Below, piece by piece: positions 38,943 through 47,986 of a stretch of 64,000 bases of DNA (positions within the stretch are counted from its first letter, which is position 1; the number at the start of each line of letters is the position of its first letter). The notes below the pieces were generated by a model. The model saw nothing but the letters and a program-made list of their open reading frames with translations, was not told the origin of the DNA and did no database searches. The position numbers and the translations under genes are program-made. The DNA is from a virus: positions 13,326 through 77,325 of IMG/VR virus record IMGVR_UViG_3300007512_001412. One strand, given 5' to 3'.

Positions 38943-41422
38943 GCTGCCGATCCTTCCCACGTAATCGGGTCGCCCACAAGACCCTGCGCCTTCGTCTGCT
39001 CCAGCAGGCGGATCGCTTCGGTGCGGATCGCGGAGGCCCACACCCGTTGATCCGCATCGGAGGGATCCGCCACGGTCGCGTCGGGGGTGAAGTCGATCCC
39101 GAAGCGGTTGGGGTAACGCTTCTGGTAGTCCACCAGCACGCGCGTGAGCACGGTGACGTCGATGGTGGGCGTCGTCACCGTGTAGACCAAGCGGGTCTTG
39201 AGCCCCGTCAAGGCGGAGTCCACCGTCGCCTCGACGCCGCCTTCGACCGTCGCCAGCTTCACGGCGAGCGTTCCCATCCCCGCGTGTTCGCCTGCGGGGA
39301 TGAACACCGCTTCGGGCTCCCACTCCGACATGACGCCCGTGAAGGTGAACCCTGCGGGACCGAAGGCGTTGTTGAGCCAGTCGGTCCAGCGGTCCGACTC
39401 CGCGCTGAATTGCCCCCGGAGGGTCGCGTCCGACGTCCCGGGCTCGACCACCGCCACCGGGTTGCCGGCGACCGCCGCGCCTTGCGTCCCGATCAGCGCG
39501 TCGATCGCCCCTTCGGGACCGGAGAGCCAGAAGAAGGGCTTGACCCCACCGGGGAGGATGGTGTCGTCATCGTCGGCGGGGAACCCAGTGACCGCCCCTT
39601 CGGGGGTGGGGAGGCTCCACGCGCCTCCCGTCTTCTTGGCTCCGGGCACCTGGGACACGAACGTCGAGTCCGCGAGCACGAACCCACCGTCCAGTCGCAG
39701 CACGCGACCGACTACTTCGGCGGGCGGATTGAGCGGGTTGACCGGGCCGGGGCCGACGTGGGCCAGGAAGGCGTCGGGCGTGAGCACGGAGTACCCCGTG
39801 CCGTCCTGCCACGCGCCGCTCTGCTGCGCGGACGTCGCCCCGACGATGGCGACGAGTCGCCACGCGGTGCCTCCGCCGTCCGGGCCGCGCACCGTGCGCG
39901 CCTCGATCTCCGTGGACGTGTCCAGATCCAGCGCGGCGGGTGCGTCCGTCCACAGCTTGACCGTGTCCTCTGCCGCGACCGCGTCGCCACGCAGCCACTC
40001 CCCGATCGCTTCGATCAGGAGCGAGTCGTCAAAGTCTTCGTACTGGCCCGCGTCGATGGCGGCTTCCAGGGCTTCCTCGACCTTGGCGTACAGGGTGTGG
40101 TTGGTGGCGGCGTCCCCCAACTCCTGTGCCGCGACGGCGATGAACCCCAACAGCGCCGTCTTGGAGGGCTCCCCGCTCACACCCGCGCCCACGGGGGCGG
40201 GCGGAACCGGGACGGGGGCGAGCGCCGACTTCCTGCGGACGTCGTAGTTGGCGGGATCGGCTTGCGGCGTCCCCACGGGGGAGAACATCGCCTGCTGCTC
40301 CGCCATCTGGCGGAGGTACGCCTCGTCGTCGTCCTCGTCCAACAGGTGCGGCGTCTGCCCGGGGGCCGTGAACCACAACTGCCACGGGGTGTCCACGGGG
40401 ACCGGACCGGGCGGGGGCGTCCCGACGTTCAGATCCGGGCGCGACGGCGGTTCCGTCATCGGCGTCGGGGCGATCTGCTCCGTCGTGTTGACGGGGAGGC
40501 CCCCCAGGACGGACCCGGCGACCGGGTCGCTCGCGGCCAGGATCGCCTCGTTCAGCGCATCGGCGGCGGGGCCGATGAAGCCCTGCCGCATGGTGGTGCG
40601 GAAGCGGTACTCCCGATCCTCCGGGGGCGCGGCGGCGGCGTCGCTGCGGATCTGCGCGACCGTCAGGACGTAGTCCTCCGCCTCGCCCACCTCGTCCTCG
40701 ATCCGCTGCGCCAGGGCTGCGGCCCGATCCGCCAGCGTGAACAGGGAGAGGTCTTCGACGGAGGCGTGAACCGCCGACGCGAGGGGACCGCCCAGGTCCG
40801 GGTAGCGCGCGGCTTCCTTGTCGAAGGCGTCCGTGATCGCCTTGGACGCCGCGATGGCGTCCACGCCGCCTGCGGGGTCCAGCAGGGGGCTGTCGCCCCG
40901 GACGACCGCTTCCAGGGCACGCTGCACCTCGACCGCCGTCGCGGTGAGCCCCGCGCGCGCGACCCCGGCCTGGAGGTCGGCAAGGCGCTTCGCCACGGAC
41001 GGCGGGTTGATCGCGGTGGCGAGGTCCACCAACTCCTGCGACAGATCCGCGAAGGACGGACCGACGACCGGGGGCGGCGGGGCGACAACGGGTGCGACGA
41101 CCGGGGGCGAGGGCGGAGGCGCTACCGGAGCCGGGGGAGCCGGGGGCGGAGGCGCAACGACCGGGGGAGCCGGGGCCGGGATCGCGTCGATGGCGGGCTG
41201 GAGGCGCGTGAGGAAGCGCATGAGCCCGTCGCGGACCACGGCGATGATCTGATCCGTCTGCGGATCGTCCTGGCTGACCGCATCGTGTGCCGCGTCGAGC
41301 ATGGCGACCGCCTTGCGCGTGTCGGCCTGTAGATCGACGGGCAGCGCCGCGTAGTACGGGCGGATTGCTTCCGCAAGTCCGTCCGACAGCGCCTTGATCT
41401 GCTGGAGGCGCGGATCGCCCAT
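38939..41422 (-). CDS. Large Ala/Pro-rich acidic hypothetical protein (possible internal virion protein)
   Basis: 827 aa, high GC3, AAGGAGG RBS. Confidence 0.75.
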   Translation of the reverse strand: MGDPRLQQIKALSDGLAEAIRPYYAALPVDLQADTRKAVAMLDAAHDAVSQDDPQTDQIIAVVRDGLMRFLTRLQPAIDAIPAPAPPVVAPPPPAPPAPVAPPPSPPVVAPVVAPPPPVVGPSFADLSQELVDLATAINPPSVAKRLADLQAGVARAGLTATAVEVQRALEAVVRGDSPLLDPAGGVDAIAASKAITDAFDKEAARYPDLGGPLASAVHASVEDLSLFTLADRAAALAQRIEDEVGEAEDYVLTVAQIRSDAAAAPPEDREYRFRTTMRQGFIGPAADALNEAILAASDPVAGSVLGGLPVNTTEQIAPTPMTEPPSRPDLNVGTPPPGPVPVDTPWQLWFTAPGQTPHLLDEDDDEAYLRQMAEQQAMFSPVGTPQADPANYDVRRKSALAPVPVPPAPVGAGVSGEPSKTALLGFIAVAAQELGDAATNHTLYAKVEEALEAAIDAGQYEDFDDSLLIEAIGEWLRGDAVAAEDTVKLWTDAPAALDLDTSTEIEARTVRGPDGGGTAWRLVAIVGATSAQQSGAWQDGTGYSVLTPDAFLAHVGPGPVNPLNPPAEVVGRVLRLDGGFVLADSTFVSQVPGAKKTGGAWSLPTPEGAVTGFPADDDDTILPGGVKPFFWLSGPEGAIDALIGTQGAAVAGNPVAVVEPGTSDATLRGQFSAESDRWTDWLNNAFGPAGFTFTGVMSEWEPEAVFIPAGEHAGMGTLAVKLATVEGGVEATVDSALTGLKTRLVYTVTTPTIDVTVLTRVLVDYQKRYPNRFGIDFTPDATVADPSDADQRVWASAIRTEAIRLLEQTKAQGLVGDPITWEGSAA

Positions 41423-41438
41423 CCCGCCCTCCTTCTAC

Positions 41439-43316
41439 CTACAGGGACGCGGCCTGCGCGAAGATATCAGCGAACGCCGACGACGGCTTCGGCGCGGGCC
41501 GGGGCTTCGGCGCAGCCGCCGGGGTGGGGTCCACGCCCTTGCGCGCTACGAGGCGCTGGTGCAGGGCAGCCGCGTTGGCGAACACCGACTCCCTGGAGCG
41601 GGTGAACGTCTGCTCGCCCGCCCGGAATTGCGGCATCGTGACGATCGACATGCCGTCCTGCGCGACCGCGACCAGCAACTTCGCGCCGCCGTTGGCCTTG
41701 TTGTAGTTGCCCTTGCTGTTGGGCTCGACCGCCTGCACCTGTCCGTGCTTGAGCTTCTTGCCGTCCCTGAAGCTGATGTAGCTGCCGACGAGGCGCTTCT
41801 GCGTGACGGTCGGGTTCTTCCGCGTCCCGCTCGCCCCGGGGCCGGCCCCCGGGGCCACGTACACGGTCGCCTCGGTCGCAGCGGGCTTGCTGGACGCCTC
41901 CCGCTCGGCGTCCACCCGCCCTCGGATGGCTTCCATTTCCGCCTGCGTGAGGCCCTTCCGTCCCCGTGACTTCGGGAAGCGTCCGTCCCCCGCGAGGTAC
42001 TTCCGGTACTGCGTTTCGTACTTCTGCGCGGCCGGGGACACCGGGGGCGCGGGCTTGCTGGACGCCGCCGCCTTCTTCGCGGACGCCGCCGCGATCCGGG
42101 TGACCTGGGAGTAGCCGTTCTTGGTCTTGATCTTGACGGTGCCGCCGATCTTGGTGAACGAGATCGGCTTCCCGGCTTCGTAGCGCGAGCCCTTCTTGGT
42201 CCACGTCTTCGTGGACGCGGCGATCTGCTTGCGCCGGTTGCCGCTCTTGACCCACACCTTGCGGCCCGCCTTCGGCTTGGCGGCAGCGGGCTTCGGCTTG
42301 GCCTTGCCGTTGCCGTTCGCCTTCGCGGGAGCCTTCTTCGCGGGCTTCGCCTTCTTCTGCGCGGCGGCGGCGTCCTTGAGCTTGCGGACGATCCCCTTGG
42401 ACGGGACGACGCTGCGGTAGACACCCTTGGTGCCGACCTTGCGGACGCGCCACACCCACTTGCCCTTCACCTTGGCGACCTTCTCGATCTTGCCGACGAA
42501 GTCCTTGTCCTTGCCCTTGAGGACGACGACCCACTGGCCGACGCGGTTCTTCACCGACGCCGGGGCTTCGTTCTTCTTCGCCGCCGCCTTCCGCTTCTTG
42601 AGCGCGATGGCGGCGGTGCGGACCTTGTCCGACCGCGTCTTGCGAGCCGTGGCGATGGACACGCGCGGCTTGCCGGTCTTCTTGTTCGTGCGCGCCTTGC
42701 GCTCCGCCGCCTTGCGCGCGGGGGACTTCATCACGGACTGCGGGACGCAGGACGCCGTGACGATCTTGGCGATGGCAGCGTAGCCGTCCATCGCAGCCTT
42801 CTTGAAGCTGGGGGAGGTGCCGCCCTTGACGTTCTGCGCCTTGCCCCGGGCGGTGTACCACTTCTTGTTGGTCAGGCCCGCTGCGGACGTCCAGCCCTTC
42901 CCGGGCTTGCCGACGACCGCGAGGCGACCGTAGCCGGTCAGATCCCGGTACAGGACGACTTCGACGCTGCGCGTGGTGACCTCCAAGTAGCCCTTCCACT
43001 GGCCCTTGAGATCGGTCGCGCCCTTCGCCGCCTTGGTGGGGATCGCCTTCGCCGCCGCCTGGAGCGCCTTGACGACCGCCGCTTCGTTCGACCCCTTCGC
43101 CGTCTTCACGTTGGGGGCGTCGGACGCCTTGCCGTTGCTCCACAGCTTGAGCCCGGAGTCGGACTGGCAGACGAGCACGGATCGGCCCTTCGTGGGGGCC
43201 GCGACGTAGTAGATCCGACCCATCGGGGAGTTGCCCTCTGCCCGGAGGCCCAGGGGAACGTCAGCGGTGGGTCCAACGACGCGGATCGGGATGTGCGTGG
43301 GCTTCTTGACGGCCAT
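41439..43316 (-). CDS. Lys/Ala-rich basic protein, putative DNA-condensing core protein
   Basis: AAGGAG RBS. Histone-H1-like K/A/P stretches plus KOW-like VGQWVVVLKGKDKDFVGKI. Confidence 0.75.
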   Translation of the reverse strand: MAVKKPTHIPIRVVGPTADVPLGLRAEGNSPMGRIYYVAAPTKGRSVLVCQSDSGLKLWSNGKASDAPNVKTAKGSNEAAVVKALQAAAKAIPTKAAKGATDLKGQWKGYLEVTTRSVEVVLYRDLTGYGRLAVVGKPGKGWTSAAGLTNKKWYTARGKAQNVKGGTSPSFKKAAMDGYAAIAKIVTASCVPQSVMKSPARKAAERKARTNKKTGKPRVSIATARKTRSDKVRTAAIALKKRKAAAKKNEAPASVKNRVGQWVVVLKGKDKDFVGKIEKVAKVKGKWVWRVRKVGTKGVYRSVVPSKGIVRKLKDAAAAQKKAKPAKKAPAKANGNGKAKPKPAAAKPKAGRKVWVKSGNRRKQIAASTKTWTKKGSRYEAGKPISFTKIGGTVKIKTKNGYSQVTRIAAASAKKAAASSKPAPPVSPAAQKYETQYRKYLAGDGRFPKSRGRKGLTQAEMEAIRGRVDAEREASSKPAATEATVYVAPGAGPGASGTRKNPTVTQKRLVGSYISFRDGKKLKHGQVQAVEPNSKGNYNKANGGAKLLVAVAQDGMSIVTMPQFRAGEQTFTRSRESVFANAAALHQRLVARKGVDPTPAAAPKPRPAPKPSSAFADIFAQAASL

Positions 43317-43320
43317 GAGG

Positions 43321-44160
43321 TCAACTCCTTGAAGACGTCCGCGCTGACGCCAGCGCGAGGATACCAAAGACAGCAGCGACGACTGCGATGATCGGGACAG
43401 CGGTGGAGACAGCAGTCCCCGCCTCTTGAACGGACTCGATTGCACCCCGGGCCGACGCGACTGCGCGTTCCAGCTTGTCCAGGGTGTCCTTGAGCTTGGG
43501 CCACAGCCACAAGCCGACTGCCAGGGCGAGCACGCCGACGAGCACGCCGACGAGGATCGGGGCAACCCCGAAGGAATCTTCGACGGGCGTCCCGTCACGG
43601 AGGGCGGGGCCGATGGCGGCTCCCAGGTTGATGCCGTCGTAGTAGGTCGCCTCGACGTCATGCAGGATCGGGAGGACCCCCCCGATGCCTTCGACGTCTT
43701 CCATGCCCCGGGGGAGCATCGGCTTGCCGCTCATGCTGTCGCGGGGCGTCAGCCCCATCGAGAGCGCAGCCATCCACCCGTACCACTCGCGGTTCGCCTT
43801 GCTCCACACGCGCGCGGAGAGGTGAGGCTTCCCGTTGTCGAGGACCGTCCGCATCTTCGCCATGTGGTCGAGGACGACCCGGAAGATCGCGAAGGCGCGT
43901 TGCTGCTCCTTGTCGTCCTTCCCGATCCGCTCCGCGATCGGCACGGCGGCTTCCAACGCCTTGCGGGCGATGGGCCGCATGGTGGAGAGGTCGCGCCACC
44001 ACGCCAGGACACTCTTGCCCTCCTGCGCGGCTTCGCGTCGCACGCGCTCCAGGCAGAAGGGCGCGGGGAGGTCGCAGGACAAGGCCCCCAGGCGCACGCC
44101 GACGACGGCACCGTCCCGTAGGACCGCCTCGTCTTCGTACATGCGGGGGGCGTACGTCAT
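43321..44160 (-). CDS. Membrane protein with two C-terminal TM segments
   Basis: SFGVAPILVGVLVGVLALAVGLWL and a second hydrophobic segment. Confidence 0.7.
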   Translation of the reverse strand: MTYAPRMYEDEAVLRDGAVVGVRLGALSCDLPAPFCLERVRREAAQEGKSVLAWWRDLSTMRPIARKALEAAVPIAERIGKDDKEQQRAFAIFRVVLDHMAKMRTVLDNGKPHLSARVWSKANREWYGWMAALSMGLTPRDSMSGKPMLPRGMEDVEGIGGVLPILHDVEATYYDGINLGAAIGPALRDGTPVEDSFGVAPILVGVLVGVLALAVGLWLWPKLKDTLDKLERAVASARGAIESVQEAGTAVSTAVPIIAVVAAVFGILALASARTSSRS

Positions 44161-44163
44161 GCC

Positions 44164-45003
44164 CTACTTGACCTTCCCCTTGATCATCAGGAGTCCACCG
44201 ATTCCGACCAGTGCCGCCACCGCCATGAGCCCCATGCCGCCTCCCGCGTCACCGCCGCGTTCCTTGAGCGCCCGGACGTCGGCCAGGAGCGCGTGGCTGT
44301 ACGCCGTGCCGCCCGCGAGCGCGAACGCCACGCCTGCGGAACGGAACCGGATGCCGCTGGAGGAGGCGGCGATGCCGCCCAGCGACGTGACGCGCTGGTC
44401 GGTGCCGTCGTAGACCGCGCCCGATCCGCCGCCCAGGAAGCCCGACGCGGCCTCACGCCACCGCTGATCCAGGGCGAGCCAGTCGGAGCCCCGGTTGGGG
44501 ATCGAGTCGAGGACGCGCCGCGCGTCCGTCAGGTTGCGGAGCATCGACTTGACGGCGAACTTGATCTTCTTCCGGGGAGCCGACCGGATGCCCTGCGCCT
44601 TCGCCGCCACCGCTTGGAGCGCCGACGACGTCCACGCGGACGCCGGGAGCCACTGGCCCGCGCCCCACGTGTAGGGGGCAGGGCGTCCCGAGCTGCCGCG
44701 TCCCGGGCGTCCCGGGCGTCCCGGGCGTCCCGGGCTGCCGCGTCCCGGGCGTCCCGACCCACCCTCTTGGATCAGGGGAGCCCCCTCCTCCGCGAGCGTG
44801 TTCATCAACCCCTGCCCCTGGTTGGGGAAGATGAAGTCGAGGATCTGCTGTCCGCGACCCCCGCCGCCGCTCTGGACGTTGCTGCTCTTGCCGCCGCCGC
44901 TCTGGACGTTGCTGCTCTTGCCGCCGCCCTGCTGCGACAGGGTGTTGACGATGTTGTCGAAGAAGCCGCCGACCTGTGTGCGTTCGCCGTAGTCGTACAT
45001 CAT
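44164..45003 (-). CDS. Gly-rich repeat protein with C-terminal TM anchor
   Basis: GGGKSSNVQS x2, PGR repeats, terminal TM plus KGKVK. Confidence 0.7.
   Translation of the reverse strand: MMYDYGERTQVGGFFDNIVNTLSQQGGGKSSNVQSGGGKSSNVQSGGGGRGQQILDFIFPNQGQGLMNTLAEEGAPLIQEGGSGRPGRGSPGRPGRPGRPGRGSSGRPAPYTWGAGQWLPASAWTSSALQAVAAKAQGIRSAPRKKIKFAVKSMLRNLTDARRVLDSIPNRGSDWLALDQRWREAASGFLGGGSGAVYDGTDQRVTSLGGIAASSSGIRFRSAGVAFALAGGTAYSHALLADVRALKERGGDAGGGMGLMAVAALVGIGGLLMIKGKVK
44681..44757. repeat. 9-bp tandem repeat (CGTCCCGGG) encoding RPG
   Basis: Directly visible. Confidence 0.85.
44861..44928. repeat. 30-bp tandem repeat, about 2.3 copies
   Basis: CCGCCGCCGCTCTGGACGTTGCTGCTCTTG repeated exactly. Confidence 0.9.
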
Positions 45004-45009
45004 GAAGCC

Positions 45010-45813
45010 TCAGAATCCGGTGTTGAAGTAGGTTCCGCTGCCCCACCCCGGGTAGCGAGAGAGATCGCCTGCGGGCGCGAGGTCGCGCGGCTGCGCGTAG
45101 TTGGTGCTCCACCCTTGCCGGGTGGGGAGCGTGTTCTGGATGCGGTCGTAGCGCGGGCGCACGGGGGGCGCGGGGAGCGGGTTCATGTGAACCGCCAGCG
45201 GGGACTGCCCGCCGCGCCGCGCCTTGGCCCGGTCGTACGCCGGATCAGCGACACCCTGCGCGCCGAAGGGGTTGCGGGCCGATCCGTCGTCGCGCGCTTC
45301 CGCCTCACCCTGGCGGAAGTAGTAATTCCAGTCCTTGCCGCCGAAGCAGTCTTGGCCGTAGGGCCAGCCGCGAGGCGTGCGATCGACCCACCAGTCATGG
45401 ACCTCCCGATCACCGGGCACCGCACCGAAGGCAGCGTCGAACAACGCTTCTTCCTCCGTGAGCACGGCGTCCTGTAGGAGTCCGCTCTCGATGAAGTCGA
45501 ACCAGCCGATCGCCGGCTGCACGTCGAGCACGCGCCGGGAGGCCCCGTGTGCGAGCACGCGCGAGCCGTCCGGGTAGCCCCACAGCGCCACGCCCCGCCT
45601 CCGATCGACGCCCTCCACGCGCGCCACGCCGCCAAACTGCGGCACGGCGGCGTGAAGCCACCGGGGCACCGGCACGGGCCGACCGCGCAGAGCGGCTGCG
45701 CGCTTCGTCGCCTCGCGCTTCGCCACGTCCCCCTGATCCGGTCCCCCGTCGAGGGATCGGTTCATGGCGACGAGCAGGAAGCCGACGAGGGCCGCGACGG
45801 GGAGGAACGGCAT
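45010..45813 (-). CDS. N-terminally anchored hypothetical protein
   Basis: AGGAG RBS, N-terminal TM, several FG motifs. Confidence 0.7.
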   Translation of the reverse strand: MPFLPVAALVGFLLVAMNRSLDGGPDQGDVAKREATKRAAALRGRPVPVPRWLHAAVPQFGGVARVEGVDRRRGVALWGYPDGSRVLAHGASRRVLDVQPAIGWFDFIESGLLQDAVLTEEEALFDAAFGAVPGDREVHDWWVDRTPRGWPYGQDCFGGKDWNYYFRQGEAEARDDGSARNPFGAQGVADPAYDRAKARRGGQSPLAVHMNPLPAPPVRPRYDRIQNTLPTRQGWSTNYAQPRDLAPAGDLSRYPGWGSGTYFNTGF

Positions 45814-45822
45814 CGGAGACTC

Positions 45823-46107
45823 CTAGCCGTAGTACCCGGGGTAGTACCCCATGCTCGCCTGCTGCATCTGCTCCCGGGCGCGCGCCTTCGCGCCGCCCGA
45901 CCCGGGCTGCATCTGCTGCATCTGCTCCATGCGGCGGCGCTTGACCTCCTCGCGCTTGTCCACGTCGGAGGCACCGCCACCGCCGCCTGCGGGCGGGAGG
46001 CTGGGCGGGAGATCAACCGTGACGTCCACGGACGCGGCCTGGGAACGGCGGGCCAGGAGCAGCAGGGCTGCGCCGCCGCCGAGCAAGTACATGGTGGATC
46101 GCTTCAT
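45823..46107 (-). CDS. Small membrane-anchored protein
   Basis: AGGAG RBS. YLLGGGAALLLLARR. Confidence 0.7.
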   Translation of the reverse strand: MKRSTMYLLGGGAALLLLARRSQAASVDVTVDLPPSLPPAGGGGGASDVDKREEVKRRRMEQMQQMQPGSGGAKARAREQMQQASMGYYPGYYG

Positions 46108-46256
46108 GGTGTCTTTCTCCTAGGGGGTGTTCATCGTGGGAGGGTGTCCATCGGCATCCCGAACCTGCGGGACGTCATCTTCCAGAGTCTCTTCACGCAG
46201 AGCAGATGCACCGACACGGTTCATGTGGGCTTGCCACTTTTCTCTCTGATAGCTCA

Positions 46257-46757
46257 TCACGGCCTCCTGGGTGTTTGAGTAAGAAGATTTCGGTACTGCT
46301 TAGGTGTAATCCTCAAGGTTGGCCCAACCTGCTGTGCGCGAGGGTACTTACCCTTGACTGCCTGCCACCCCTTTCGAGGACCTGCCCCAGGTCGATAGCC
46401 TTCGTCTACGAAGCCCAGCCAAATGCGGAAGGCAGGAGACTTCAGAGCGTAAATGAGCCACCCACGGCGGGGGATCCCGTTACGGTCATTCCCTGCGTTG
46501 ACTGCTTGAGCAAGAACGCGCCCTCGGTACACAGCCTTACCGAAGGTCGCGGACAGCCGACGGCCGAACGCGGAGTAGTGGACGAGCGCGTGACACTTGG
46601 CGTGTTCCCACCCCGCGGCGTACGCCGCAGCCTGCCACGATCCGGCCTTGGGCTTGGGGAAGGCGTACTCCCGATCGGAGGCCACACCGGAGTTGTACGC
46701 GAAGTAGGCCGTCCAGCCCCGCGCCCGCCAGTCCTTCTTGTCCACGCCACCGAACAT
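46257..46757 (-). CDS. Basic hypothetical protein with lower-GC 3' half
   Basis: Coupled start. Begins MFGG. Confidence 0.55.
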   Translation of the reverse strand: MFGGVDKKDWRARGWTAYFAYNSGVASDREYAFPKPKAGSWQAAAYAAGWEHAKCHALVHYSAFGRRLSATFGKAVYRGRVLAQAVNAGNDRNGIPRRGWLIYALKSPAFRIWLGFVDEGYRPGAGPRKGWQAVKGKYPRAQQVGPTLRITPKQYRNLLTQTPRRP

Positions 46758-47986
46758 CAGGTCATCCCTCCGCCGAAGTCGAGGTTGGTCGCCTCCGTGC
46801 CGAAGTCCGGGCCGACCCCTTCGACCCCCGTGATCTCCGTCAGGGAGTTCGCGTCACGCACGGACCATGACTTGTCCTGATCCATGTCCGCGCCGCCGAA
46901 CACGTCACCGCTGAACTCGTCGGCCAGAAGGCGCGCGGTGTTCCGGCGCAGCCGTTCCTCCGCGTACTCGTCCGCGTACGCCTGCGCCTGGGGCTGCGGC
47001 TGCGTGGGCGGGATCACGTTGACCTGATAGACCCGCTTGCTGATCCTGTACCCGCCGACCATGGCCGTGGTCCCGAACCTCGCAGACGACTGCGACGGGA
47101 TGAACGACGGCTTGGACAGCGACTGCGACGGGATGAACGACGGCTTGGACAGCGACTGCGACGGGATGGACAGCGACGGCTGCGACGTGCCCGCCGGGGC
47201 CAGCCCGCCGGGGTAGTAGTAGCTGGTGAAGCTCACCGGGCGGACGATGAAACGCCAGCCGCCCTTGCGGGGGACGGAGAAGCCCACCTCGCGGCTCAGG
47301 ATCCGCCGTGCCGCCTCGCGCGCGTGTCCCGGGTTGGGGGCGGGGAGCGTGATCCTCCAGACGTCCTGGCCTCCGGGGGTCACGAACCAGCGCCCGCCGC
47401 GCGTCTGCGGGATCGCCTGGGGGACGACTGCCGGGGACACGGGGACGTTGGCGTCGGTGAACCCGGGCAGCGTCTTGTTGAAGGGCGAGCCCTTGCTGCT
47501 GTCGATGAACGACGGATCGGCGGTCTTGTTGAACGACACGTTGCTGGTCAGCGCGCCGAAGCCGCCCTCGCACGTGGCGCACCCGAACAGGTTGGGGTCC
47601 CAGCCTTCGGGGACCTCGCCGGGGCGCACCATGCCTGCCGGGGGGACGCCCCACTGAGGCGGGAGGTTCAGACCGGCGGGGATGCGTCCGAAGGCGGATC
47701 GAGCCATCGCTTCCTTGAACTGCTCCTCGTCGTTGCGGCCCAGGGCCTCGATCGCGTCGCGCTGCCACGTCGGCGGCACGTAGCGGTAGGTGCGCGTGCT
47801 GCGCCGCCGCTTCTTGTGGGCGTGGAACTGCGCCTTGTGCTCCCGGGCGGCTTCCCGCGCGAGCCACGCCTGCGCGGTGGTGTGCCAGGAGAGATCCGGC
47901 CCTCCGAAGCTGTCACCCGCGAAGTGAACCCCCGCGCGCTGGAGCCGGTAGGCCGCTGCGGCGTCGATGGCATCGGTCTTGAACAT
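46757..47986 (-). CDS. FG-motif-segmented hypothetical virion polyprotein
   Basis: GGAGG RBS before ATG 47986. Many FG motifs and an internal repeat. Confidence 0.7.
   Translation of the reverse strand: MFKTDAIDAAAAYRLQRAGVHFAGDSFGGPDLSWHTTAQAWLAREAAREHKAQFHAHKKRRRSTRTYRYVPPTWQRDAIEALGRNDEEQFKEAMARSAFGRIPAGLNLPPQWGVPPAGMVRPGEVPEGWDPNLFGCATCEGGFGALTSNVSFNKTADPSFIDSSKGSPFNKTLPGFTDANVPVSPAVVPQAIPQTRGGRWFVTPGGQDVWRITLPAPNPGHAREAARRILSREVGFSVPRKGGWRFIVRPVSFTSYYYPGGLAPAGTSQPSLSIPSQSLSKPSFIPSQSLSKPSFIPSQSSARFGTTAMVGGYRISKRVYQVNVIPPTQPQPQAQAYADEYAEERLRRNTARLLADEFSGDVFGGADMDQDKSWSVRDANSLTEITGVEGVGPDFGTEATNLDFGGGMT
47087..47168. repeat. 33-bp tandem repeat, about 2.5 copies (LSKPSFIPSQS)
   Basis: Directly visible. 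Confidence 0.9.

Noticed and set aside
34350-41332. Very long + strand ORFs (1566 aa and 761 aa) and similar antisense ORFs elsewhere
   Set aside because: Shadow ORFs of high-GC genes: R/G/V-rich, no motifs, antisense to motif-bearing genes.
44681-47168. CRISPR-like or mobile repeats
   Set aside because: The repeats are contiguous with no spacers and lie in-frame within coding sequence.
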